A stretch of DNA of 64,000 bases from Macrostomum lignano (Eukaryota), in NCBI GenBank assembly GCA_002269645.1, contig NIVC01002676.1:1-64000 (forward strand), written 5' to 3'. Below, piece after piece: positions 24,834 to 36,459 of this stretch (its first letter is position 1; each line of letters begins with the position of its first letter). The notes beneath the pieces were generated by a model, which did no database searches, was not told where the DNA came from, and saw nothing but the letters and a program-made list of their open reading frames with translations. The position numbers and the translations under genes were made by a program.

Positions 24834-26902
24834 TCAGCTGGAAGACGCGCAGCTCGTCGGCCGCAAACACCGGCAGACGGCCGGCCGCGGCTGCCCGACC
24901 TTCGGCAAGCAGACGGGCGACGCCGGCATTGTCCAGCAGCGGACTGAAGTGATTGAGCACCAGAGCCTTGGCGCCCACTCGGCAGGCGAACTCAGCGGCC
25001 ATAGCCGGAGTTGAATGGCCACTGGACACGCAGGAATCTCGGCGCGACTCGCCCACCGTGGCCTCGTGTACAAGACAGTCGACACCGCGGCAGAGCGACT
25101 CGGCTAGCTGGGAGTCGCAGGTGTCGCCCAGAACAGCCAGGACTGGCCCGCCAATGTCGATGCGGTAGCCAACGCAGGGGATTCGATGGCGTAGCGGGGC
25201 GGCGCTGAGGCGGTCGCAAACTCGCCAGATGCCGCCGCCGTCAGGTGCAGCGCATTGGATCTGCGAGTTGGAGAGAAACAGATGCATTTTTTGAATGTGT
25301 AAGTTAACTGTATGCTACTTAAATAGCCACATGCTACTAGCGGGAAGTAATATATAAAGAGGAATAAGTAGACGCGAATAAACAGATCGTAAATAAATAG
25401 AACGTGAATAAACAGACCGTGAATAGACAGACTGTAAAAAAACAGACCTTGAATAAACAGATCGTAAAAACAGACCGTGAATAAACAGACCGTAAATAGA
25501 CAGACCGTGAATAAACAGACCGTGAATGAACAGACCGTGAATGAATAGGTCACGAAAAGACAGACCGTGAACAGACAGAACGTGAATAAACAGGTCAGGA
25601 ACAGAAAGACCGTGAATAAACAGACCGTGAATAGTCAGATCGTGAATAAACAGACCGTGAATAAACAGACCGTGAATAGACAGACCGTGAATAGACAGAC
25701 CGTGAATAGTCAGATCGTGAATAAACAGACCGTGAATAAACAGACCGTGAATAAACAGATCGTGAATAAACAGAACGTGAATAAACAGACCGTGAATAGA
25801 CAGACCGTGAATAGTCAGATCGTGAATAAACAGACCGTGAATAAACAGACCGTGAAAAGACAGATCGTGAATAAACAGACCGTGAATAAACAGACCGTGA
25901 AAAGACAGATCGTGAATAAACAGACCGTGAATAAACAGACGGCGAATAAACAGACTGTGAGTAGACAGACTGAATAAACAGATCGTAAAAACAGTCATGA
26001 ATAAACAGACCGTGAATTAATAGGTCACGAAAAGACAGACCGTGAACAGACAGACCGTGAATAAACAGACCGTGAATAAACAGACCGTGAATAAACAGAC
26101 CGTGAATAGACAGACCGTGAAAAGACAGATCGTGAATAAACAGACCGTGAATAAACAGACGGTGAATAAACAGACTGTGAGTAGACAGAGTGAATAAACA
26201 GATCGTAAAAACAGTCATGAATAAACAGACCGTGAATAGACAGACCGTGAATAAACAGACCGTGAATAAACAGACCGTGAAAAACAGATCGTGAATAAAC
26301 AGATCGTGAATAAACAGATCGTGAATAAACAGTAGATAAATAAACATACTAGTGTTCAGAATGAACAGCCAATGATGAGCCAATGGAAATGAACAAGACT
26401 GAAATGCACCATGCCGCAGACTCACAGGCTCCGTCACATCCTCGTAGGGCAGAGGCGGGAACTCGGGAGCCCGCAGGATCAGATCTTCCAGCTCGGCCGA
26501 GCCCGGAGTACTGGGCGGCATCAGCGACGGTACGCCGGACAGCTCCCGCAGGCGCAGCCGGACGCCGTTCCGGGCGTCAGTTCGCGTCAGAGCCAGACTG
26601 GTGCGCAGCAGCTGACGAATGCCGGACGGTCCAACCACCTCCAGCGTGCTGTCGGGAGCTGCCCGCCCCGCCACGGTGCTGAGCAGGCCGGGCAGGCCGT
26701 AGGTGTGATCGCCGTGCAGGTGAGTGACGGCAATGCGGCTGACCCGCCGCCTGTCCAGGCCAGATCTGACCAGCTGAACCTGGGCGGACTCGCCGCAGTC
26801 AACCAGCCAGCAGTCGCCGTCGGCGTGGAACCTGACAGCGAGACAGGCCGTGTGCCGGTGAGGCGCCGGAAATGACGAACCGGTGCCGAGGAATACGAGA
26901 TC
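24796..26902 (-). CDS. ELAC1: Short-form RNase Z (ELAC1-like metallo-beta-lactamase), 2 exons; no in-frame ATG at the 5' end and no flexible arm
   Basis: Exons 26902-26426 (CCT|gtgagt) and 25260-24796. Motifs DLVFLGTGSSFP, WLVDCGE, THLHGDH (HxHxDH), LRHRIPCVGY, LGDT, HEAT, GHST, NHFS. The nearest ATG (26912) is out of frame, and TGA precedes the correct frame. Confidence 0.88.
25375..26330. repeat. 15-bp minisatellite filling the ELAC1 intron
   Basis: Unit gtgaataaacagacc, with larger internal block duplications (for example taggtcacgaaaagacagac appears twice). Confidence 0.93.
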
Positions 26903-27519
26903 CTTGAATCATTTTTGCGTTGTTTTTTTGTTTCTCGTATTTACGGAAAAATGAACTAGATTGCCTTACAATCCTACTAGTCAGAGGCCAGTCAGTAGTG
27001 TAGTTAGGAAATCCACCTAGAATTAAAGTTTTCATTAATCTACAAAATAATAGATTATAACGTTAAAATTCACACGATCCTACTATAAATAGATAGATAG
27101 TGCCTACTACATACTACTAAAAACTGGATTTTCAGCAGTGCAAATAGCTTGTTTATCCAACGAAGAATAATAATCTACCAAAAATATAAAAATGTGTTGA
27201 AAAGAGTTTTAGAAACAAATGACAGAACCAAAAGATATTAATAGCAAATTTTCTCTCAGTAATTTGAGTCGGTTGAATTGAAGTGCTCTACCAGTTCAGA
27301 CAGGATCGCAAGCCAAACTGTCTGATACTCGTGAATAGAATATATTTTTACAACCAATTTGTCATCTCGATCATTATTAGCCAATGCAATAAAAAACGCA
27401 CCGCATTAGAAATTAATGACAACAATAGCTAGGGAAACGTGCTTTAGCAAATGCAGATTCGCACAATATTACGAACAGATGACGTCTATAAGCAGTATTG
27501 ACCTTATTACTTCAACTCA

Positions 27520-28075
27520 GTACTGAGTGCTGAGTGGGCGGCCATTTCCCAGAGACTTAGTGCTGACTGTGGAGATTTCCTAGAGACTCAGTGCTGAGTG
27601 GAGATATTTCCCAGTGACTCAGTGCTAAATAAAATTTCCCAGTGACTCAGTGCTGAATACGAGATTTCCCAGTAATTCAGTGCTAAGTGGGGAGATTTCC
27701 CAGTGACTCAGTGCTGAGAGGGGAGATTTCCCAGTGACTCAGCGCTGAATAGCAGATTTCCCAGTGCCTCAGTGCTGAATAGGATATTTCTCAGAGACTC
27801 AGTGCTGAGTGGAGAGATTTCCCAGTGATTCAGTGCTGAGTGGGGAGATTTCCTAGAGACTCAGTGCTGAGTGGAAATATTTCCCAGTGACTCAGTGCTA
27901 AGTAAAATTTCCCAGTGACTCAGCGCTGAATAGCAGATTTCCCAGTGCCTCAGTGCTGAATAGGATATTTCTCAGAGACTCAGTGCTGAGTGGGGAGATT
28001 TCCCAGTGACTCAGTGCTGAATGGAGAGATTTCCCAGTGACTCAGTGCTGAGTGGAAGATTTTCCAGAGACCTAA
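27520..28075. repeat. ~30-31-bp minisatellite between DCAF13 and ELAC1
   Basis: Unit approximately gagatttcccagtgactcagtgctgagtgg. Confidence 0.9.
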
Positions 28076-28127
28076 TTTGAAATGCCACTAATCCCTTAGA
28101 ATCTGTCATTGAGTTTCCATCATTGGT

Positions 28128-30448
28128 TTACTCGTCGACCCCTCGAACGTGTCGATCTCTCTCAGGCACGAATGGCTCCTTGTCCTCGCCGCGGTGCTCG
28201 CGCCTGTTCACCTCCTTCCGGCGCTGCTTGCCGCGTATCGCTTTCATTTCTAGCTGGGCCTGGTACAGCCGCTTGGGCAGGTGCCTGTGCTGTACAATCC
28301 GCCTCACCTGCGGATGGTGCGCGTATTTCTGTTTCAAAGCCTCGGCTGTATTGACTGCCGCCCGTTCGCGCGGCGTTAACGCGCCTAACTTCTCGGAGGC
28401 GCGCGCTTTCCATAGGCGCAAATTGAAATCTGCGCTAGCCGTGACAATGAACCGAGCGTCTAGGCTGTAGCGAGCGGCGAACACTCGGTACATTCGCTTG
28501 GTGTGATAGACGTCGCGGGACTGGCTCCGGCCGGACTCCCACAGGCGCACGGTGCAATCGTAGCTAGCTGAGACCAGCTCTCGGCCAGTTGGCGCAAAAT
28601 CGACGTCCATGGCTGCGTTGGTGTGGCCGCGGTAAACGCATGCCGGCGAAGCCAGCCGGCGAGCGTCCCAAGAGTACAGATTGTAGTCGTCTGAAGCTGT
28701 GGCCAGCACGAACGGCTCCTGGGTATTGGAATCGGCTTTGAGAGTTGCAGAATGTCACTGTGGAGTGTGACTGTCTGATGTGACCGTGGAATGTGACTGT
28801 CTATCTCATATGACCGTGGAGTGTGACTGTCTATCTGATGTGACTGTTTATCTGATGTGACTGTCTATCTGATGTGACCGTGGAATGTGACTGTCTGTCT
28901 GATGTGACCTTAAAATACAATTACCTCTTAAATGTGACCCTGAGTGTGACCATATAATGTGAGCGTGGTGTGTCACTGTCTGTCTGTTGTGACCATGGAA
29001 TGTGACAGCGGTGTAACTGGTTCCCAAGCACTACGCAGCAACCTTAGCAACCAACCCAACCCACCTGGGGGTTCCAGCACAGCGCATTCTGCCGGAACTC
29101 GCAACGGATTCGCCTCAACGGCTCCCTCTGCCGGGTGTCAATCAGCAACAGCGCGTTGTCCTTAGTAACGGCCGCCAGCAGGTGCCACTCGGTAGGATTG
29201 AATCGAGCCTGCAGCACGGAGTCCGAGCCCCATTTCCATTGGCCAACGGGATCAGAGCGCCTGCTATCGTATAAGTACACAGCGTCACCGGACAGTGCGA
29301 ACAGGTCCTTGCTGACGTGGTGGTCCAGATTCAGGGGAGCGAAGTCCAGATGCCGCTGGCTGACTGGCCGGCTGAATTCGACGAGGTCGTCGCCGACGCG
29401 CCAAGCCTTCAAGGTGCGGTCGGTGTCGCAGCAGGAATAGAACAGGTCCTGTTCGGGGTGCCAGCACAGGCCCTGCGAGGTGGTTGGTGGTTTAAGGAAG
29501 TAAGTGTTTGTTATGGACAGCTTAATAGCCTTTAGACACGGTTAAAACAGATAGCTGTTAGATACGGATAGCTGTTAGATACGGATAGCTGCTAGACACA
29601 CGGAGAGCAGTTAGACAAATGGATAGCTGTTACACATGGATAGCTGTTAGACACGGATGGTTGTTAGACACATGGATAGCTGTTAGACACACGGATAGCT
29701 GTTAGACACATGGATAGCTGTTAGACACGGATGGCTGTTAGACACACGGAGAGCAGTTAGACACACGGATAGCTGTTAGACACACGGATAGCTGTTAGAT
29801 ACACGGATAGCTGTTAGACACACGGATAGCTGTTAGATACACGGATAGCTGTTAGATACATGGATAGCTGTTAGACACACGGATAGCTGTTAGACACACG
29901 GATAGCTGTTAGATACACGGATAGCTGTTAGAGAAAGATAGCTGTTAGACACGGATAGCTGTTAGAGAAAGATGGCTGTTAGAGAAAGATAGCTGTTAGA
30001 CACGGATAGCTGTTAGACACGGATAGCTATTAGACAAAGATAGCTATTAGACACAGTAGTTGGTTAGGTGCTACAAAGAGGTAACTGTAGACTATAGCAG
30101 AGAACCCACCTGCACGCATCCGGAGTGCGCATCCAGCTGCAGCACGCGGCTCCGCCTGGGAATATTCCAGAAGGCCACCCGCCCGTCAACGCAGCCGCTG
30201 AGGCACAGACTGAGCGCTCGCGGATGCATGCACACGCGGCTAAGCTGGTCGCCCTGATCGCCGAAACAGCCGAGAAACGGTTTGGCAAACACCCTCTCCA
30301 GCTTGGCCGCGTTCAGTGCCCGAACATACTCAGTCTCGGCTGACATCGGGTGCAGCTCTGGCGCCGGGTTACGCGCCAATTTGTGAATATCGTCGGCTGT
30401 TTCGCGCAGATAATCCTGCGGATTGCGCAATAGCAGCTTCACCTTCAT
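28128..30448 (-). CDS. DCAF13: DDB1- and CUL4-associated factor 13 / Sof1 (U3 snoRNP WD40 protein), 445 aa, 3 exons
   Basis: Exons 30448-30110, 29472-29065 and 28718-28128, all phase 0. Peptides MKVKLLLRNPQDY, EYVRALNAAKLERVFAKPF, WNPQEPF..DYNLY, YHTKRM..SDFNLRLWKARASEKLG, RHRHLPK. Confidence 0.96.
28755..29000. repeat. Degenerate tandem repeat in DCAF13 intron 2
   Basis: Recurring tgatgtgac(t/c)gt / ggaatgtgactgtc. Confidence 0.75.
29545..30050. repeat. 17-19-bp minisatellite in DCAF13 intron 1
   Basis: Unit acacggatagctgttag(ac). Confidence 0.92.
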
Positions 30449-31549
30449 TGGCCAGTGTGTGTTGAGCTGATCAATTAAGACAGGAAAAAGGCAAGGCACT
30501 TGACTGCTGCAAGAGAGAAAGGAAGATTGCGAAAATTGGTTAGTTTTACTTTTCTAATATTGTGTGATTACTACTGTAAGCAGTACACAGGGCTTGAACC
30601 TGAGATGTTTAGTGGTACATATAAATGTCATGCTAAAACACCGGTGTAAGTTGCCTCTCTTCCTCTCTAATTAAAAATTTTCCCTAAAAGATCTTGCCAA
30701 TGGAGCTAAAATATCACTAAAATATTATCAACAATGGACCAGCAATATCTTAGTACCTTTATTAGTAGAATTAACTACTTTAGTAGATTGAAAAAAATAT
30801 AGATAGACAGACAGACCTTACAAGGGTTTTATATAGAAATTTGTCAGGACTGGCTCATTGTATTTCTACAAATTCATTTGTTAGGTAGCTACGCTTGTAG
30901 AAACTAGCAATTAAATTTCATGTTTAGTGAAGATAATTGTCATAATTTCATATTAATATAACAATGAATATAGTCGAAATATAATGGATATAGTTAGTCT
31001 CACTGATTGCAATAATATAAGAGCAAAAGAATGGGTATTTGTCACAGGATTTTATAGTCATTGAATTGGATACAAAAATTATAAGGCCACATAGCAACTA
31101 GCATTTTTAACTAACTGAAAAAGTTGTTTACTAACAAGTATTCTATATTTCACTTTTGTATTATCTTTGGCTATTTAGCAAGGTTAGGTCCAAATAAACT
31201 ACAACTTAATTTTAGATCTAGTTAATAAAACATAAGCCAATAGGCCTATTAAAACATAAATTATATTACAAAGGGCTAAAGCTTAGTGAAAATATGAAAC
31301 TATTTTAAGGTATTGAGACACTTAGTCCAATTAATAATAAATTAATTCACTAAATGTCAAGTGTGATATTAGCTTAAGACTGTCACAATAAAACCTTCCC
31401 ACTCAATATATATGAGCTACTCAGTTTAATAGTTTTCTCTTACTATAGGGTAAAAGTAAAAAAATTTCTTACATTGCTTATGTTTTATAAGCTGCCAGTA
31501 TAGGAAAAAATTCTTATTTTTTATAAAAATATGCTTTATTATAAGATTA

Positions 31550-32400
31550 TTAAATGGCTTCTTTTTAAGAAACATATTTAAAATGGTGGTTTATAGAATC
31601 CATTTGTGTCTATATTAAAATGCCAAGTCTTACCAACCTGTGTAGAGTGCATACCATTGCAAAAAATGGCACACCACATAAAAAGCTTAGTATAAATCAA
31701 AGTCAGAGGATAACAGTTAATAGATTTGTTTGTGATTTGCAAGATTGAAATGTGCTCATATACAAATAATGCACAAAATGGCTTCATCAAAGTTACTCAA
31801 GAAAATGTAATTGCAAAGCCCATGTATTTTAGCTACAAAACATTTCAAAAGAAGTTTATAGGTTTATAGTCAAAATTTGCTTGACTGGGTCCATCCTTAT
31901 ATGGTATAGCAAAATAGGTCATTAGACAAAATTGCTAAAATCACTACTGTTTTAATTAGTAGCCATAGCCAAGAAGGTGTGACTGGAAAAACTGTAGCTT
32001 CTACTTGTCTAGCTATAAGAATGATGGCAAATAGTTATCAAGATTCAAGTTAAATAAGAGTAGGACAAGGAAATTCTGCACAATAGACAGCAATTGACTA
32101 TAGCCATTGCTATAGTGGCTATATCTTGGTGTTCTACAGTTTGAAACAGATAAAATGGTAGATCTGGCATTCAGAATGCAAGTAGCCTATATAAAAGCAG
32201 CCTATATAAAAAAGACTAAAGGCTCATTCACACTGCAATCAAATTAGAGACCAAATTACACGACTCATTTGATCATACAGAATTGCTGAATTTTGAAATT
32301 AACAATTAAAATTTGAGCCAACTTACAAAATTTCTGATTTGGTGACAAAAAGATAATCAAACAAAGGCCAGTTGATCAACAAAAGCATTGCACATTGACT
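31550..32400 (-). mobile_element. Second decayed Penelope-like fragment
   Basis: Minus-strand remnants CAIFCNGMHSTQVGKT (GIY-YIG-like CxxCxxxYxGKT), SNGYS and LLYRL resemble the Penelope RT C-terminus/endonuclease; many stops. Confidence 0.45.
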
Positions 32401-32611
32401 GCCTTTTCTCTTACATAACACAAAGAGTGATGCAATGCACAAAACTCAACTCAAACCTCTCTATTTGAGTAACCCTCCCCCTAGTCTGACTGCTGCATAG
32501 AAATTGATTGGTCAGCACATGAGTCAAGTTATTAACTTTTTTATTATTCTTGATCAACTGAGATTGAGTAGCGCAAGTAGCTAGTGCGAACACAAGGAAC
32601 AAGCTTATTAG

Positions 32612-34650
32612 TTGCCACTAGAGCCACTGGTATTGAAGGTTAAGGTGAATCCTGTTTTGTACAACCTTGGCCACCCCAATTATCAAAATTCGAAGAAGGA
32701 CAAAGTGTGGGAAAGCATTTTGCTTGCCTTGAAGGGTGAAGATAGAGCTAGAAGAGATGAACTGGAGCTCAAGAAGCTGTGGCAAGGAAGCAGCAGCATT
32801 TGTGATTGCTACAGTTGTGAAAAGGCCAAATGTTGATGAACAGTCAAAAGCAGTGCAGGGAGCCAAGAAGTATATGACTCCAAGTGGCCAATGTTCAACT
32901 GCTGCAACTTTTTGGACAGCTGCTGCACCAAGAAGGCAAACAATGGGTCCAATGACGATGGATTCCATAGGGAGTCTGACATTCTCCAGGTGTCCCAAGA
33001 CATCTCAATGAAGCAAAAGGAATCATCTCCATGGAAAAAACATCAACTTGCAGGAAGCAGTTCTGATAGAAATTAATGCAAGTTGACAGATGAACAGCTG
33101 ACCAAACTTCTAGTCAAGGCAAGTGAAGAGGCCAATGATGAAAATGCCTTGTTTGGTTGCATGTTTGCAGCAAAACTGGGGTGCCTGAGTTGTCCACAAA
33201 GCTCTTGAATGCAACTTAAAATCTTGGGACTGTTTGCATCTATTGACAAACTTGAGGAATGCCAAAATCAATAGCATTCAATCAATGGCCAGGATCCAAT
33301 TGAAGTGGCAAGCCCTTGCTGCTAGCTATGACTACATTTGACTCCACAACTAAAGTATAGAGTCTATTTAACAAAATACAATTGAAAAGACTTGTCAGTT
33401 AAATTTCAAGAGATTGGCACTAGTTGGAATAGTATTTTTCTTTGTTTTAAGTTCTTAAATGTAGTATATTTTTAATTAGTAGTTTTAATTAGTAGTTTCT
33501 TCATTTTCTCAGAATTTGAATTTGCTATATCATTAACCCTGTTAACCCTAGTATGCAGTTCATCTGCATATGCCCAGAATTTTGGGCAATATGCTAAATA
33601 GGGTTAATGATATAGCAAATTTGAATTCTGAGAAAATGAACAAAAAACACAAAAAAAGAATAATACACTGCAATTAAATAGATACATGCACAACAGTCAG
33701 CCGAGTTGGCCAATCTGGCTGACCGATTTGGTGACCAACCAAGGTAAGTTGCAAAAATGCCCACCCAAATAAATACCCAAGTAGTACTAAGTAGATGACG
33801 AGGCATTTTGCTTTAATAAGACAGTTATAGTTACTCCTGCTGTTTACCCAAAGTTGCATTAATTTTGCTTTAGGGTTTCTTTTACATGTAAGTCAAATTT
33901 TTGGCCAAAAAACTATGTCGCATTATTGTTAAAACTAAGTTGCATGGCTGACTGAATTTTGGAGGTTGCGCATGTTATATGTTAAATATCCAACCAACTT
34001 CAAAGTTCATAGTTAAAAAATATCAAAATTTATTAGTCATTATCAACCATTGCTGCCTGCAACAATTGTTACGCAGCAATAGTGATTCTCATGGTCCCTA
34101 AGAGAAATATTTGAATTGTCACTCTCAATGAATATTTTGCATTTGCCATTGCCATTGCAAAGAGTCCTCATCTGACATGAAAAATTCCACAAATCAGGCT
34201 TGTGTGTCCTTTGCTGATCATAAGACATTGCCATGCCAGCTACCAATATTGCCTGCAGCAAATGTACTTTGGACTACTTGCTGCAGCAGCTCTTCAGCAA
34301 ATGGGGACTCCTGTCTGGAAGCCTCGTACATCTGCACAAAATTATATAGCATGCAGGCCATCTTTACAACCCTTGCAACTATTGTTGGGCTGAGCTGGAT
34401 AGGTCTCTAGAAAATCTGCCACTTCTATGCCAGAATTCTGAAAGTGTTGGCAACAACTCTTCTGGCTTGACTCAGTTGGTAATTGAATATAGTCTTTTCA
34501 TAGCTTACGTTTCAACCTAGGAATGGTCTTATCAGGTAATCCTATAGAGAGAAGCCCTTATCTCCAATGAGCACATGTGGTATATCTCCACTACCAACAG
34601 CTAGCAGCTTTGGTTCAGGTCATGGAAATGTTCTAGATTCTAGTTGAATT
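32612..34650. mobile_element. Decayed PIF/Harbinger transposon: (+) MADF/BESS-type DNA-binding ORF convergent with a (-) DDE nuclease remnant
   Basis: (+) LYNLGHPNYQNSKKDKVWESI (MADF-like, about 32650-32720) and DENALFGCMFAAKL..MQLKILGLF (BESS-like, about 33137-33240). (-) 34620-34250 reads PHVLIGDKGFSL*DYLIRPF and QARRVVANTFRILA*KWQIF*RPI..ACMLYNF, as in Harbinger nucleases. Confidence 0.75.
33500..33640. repeat. 41-bp near-perfect inverted repeat (hairpin, 59-nt loop)
   Basis: ttcattttctcagaatttgaatttgctatatcattaaccct ... agggttaatgatatagcaaatttgaattctgagaaaatgaa (2 mismatches). Confidence 0.9.
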
Positions 34651-34796
34651 CCAAACTTTGAATTATGGAATGACATGACGTTATTCTACAAACTGCAATT
34701 TTTTAAATCAACCATGAGAAAACAGTAGTCATGGTCTACAACAACTAGTAAAATTAGACTGAAGTTGCCCTTATAGTCATGTTACTCATGTTTGGG

Positions 34797-35043
34797 TGCG
34801 ACTGCTTTTAGCCAATAGCAACTTACATGTGTGTTGCCATTAGAAATAGAAGGGGGATTCCCAAGGTTGCGCATATATCATACATGCGCAACTTTGGGAA
34901 TCACCTAGCCGTTTCTATTAGCAACACACACATGTAAGTCGCTATTGGCTAAGAGCAGTCACGTGACTACTATTCCGTCCAATAGCAACTTACATGTGTG
35001 TGTTGCCAATAGAAACAGCCGAGTGAATCTCAAGGTTGTGCCC
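34797..35043. repeat. ~165-bp imperfect palindrome plus a third arm copy (foldback/MITE-like)
   Basis: Arms 34797-34878 and 34882-34962, centred on gttgcgcat...atgcgcaac. The arm sequence ccaatagcaacttacatgtgtg recurs at 34979. Confidence 0.8.
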
Positions 35044-36459
35044 AAGCATGGCATATATGCTTTTACTATACAGCAACCATGCTCTACACACTATTCCTGA
35101 GTAAGACTAGTAAGTCATTTACCATGTAATTGATTAAGCAATTGATTAGAAATGGAACATTGTCCCCTCTTTTTCCTCCCTTCTATCTCCTAGCTAGCAT
35201 CAACATCAGTTCAACATCAGTTGATGGCAATGTGAAGAGAGTAATTCATAACCTACAAACTTTTTTGGTTTTGTCTTGCAATCATCTACATATAATTTCA
35301 TCATTTAAATGATTATATGACAAAAGTGAATATAAGCTACATGCTTTCATAACTCTGCTACACCCACAATCCTCAAGTTGACTAAAAAGTAAGTTGCAGT
35401 GATGAATTAGGTTCACTGGAAAGTGAGTTGCGATGATTTTTTCTTGAAAAATAAATGTGAAACATACTTTTTTGATAGACTAGTGTCTTTTTGACTCTTT
35501 TTAATGGGGATCGAAAGACAAAACTTGACCTGCTCAGGGATTGTAAAATGAAAGAATGCTAGAAAAACTTGGCAAGCAATTTGCTTATAATTTATAGGCA
35601 ATTCACTTGCTTACAAAATGAACTGTAGGCAAATTTTAATAGGCAATTCTTGGCAGGCAATGGACAATTTACTTACAGGCGAAATCAAATGCACTGTGGG
35701 AAAATCTTGGTAGAAAAGTTCTGTGCAAATATTAATATACAAATCTTAGGAATCCTCTAGTTTTGCACATTTAATTATTTTACAAAAAATAATGACGTTT
35801 TTGACTTGAGTTATTGCAAATAAATATTTAAACTCACGCAAGTTAAAGACATGGCCCAATGAATATATTCTATGGGCATTCTTTCGTTAGACTATCCGCG
35901 AGTTGTGCAATTTTCATACAGAAAGAGCAAAGTGCAACGATGTAGCGGCTTCTCAAAAAACGATTATATAATGTTCAGTATTCGCTATATTGGGAAACGT
36001 CGGAACAACCGTTGCTAGGGAATATCTCGGCTTGTGAGGCGTCTTTGTTGGTGTCTGAGGTGTCTTTTTTAAATAGAGACGTGCGTAAAAATGTATACAA
36101 TTCATTTTATTTTGAGTACTACTAACTAGACAATTTTGTTAAACATTTACTGAAGGATTTCTGAATGTCTGTCTGAATGTCTGTCAGGAAACCAATACAT
36201 CCGCGAGACCTACTATTACTAACGTGTTGAGTCAACCTGGTGCGTTAGCAAAGTATGTTTAAATTTAATTAAATATAATATTTCTTTGAAATGTTGCGAT
36301 AAACAAAATTACGCCTACAAAAAGACATCTCACTATAACTCTTTGCATGACTCACAATATCTCATTATAAAAAATAGCTTTACAAGTTATGCTGCTGTTT
36401 TTAATTTTTCTTTTAATAAGTCGTTTTGTCTGCAGGCAGACGAAAAGGCTGCAGACGAA

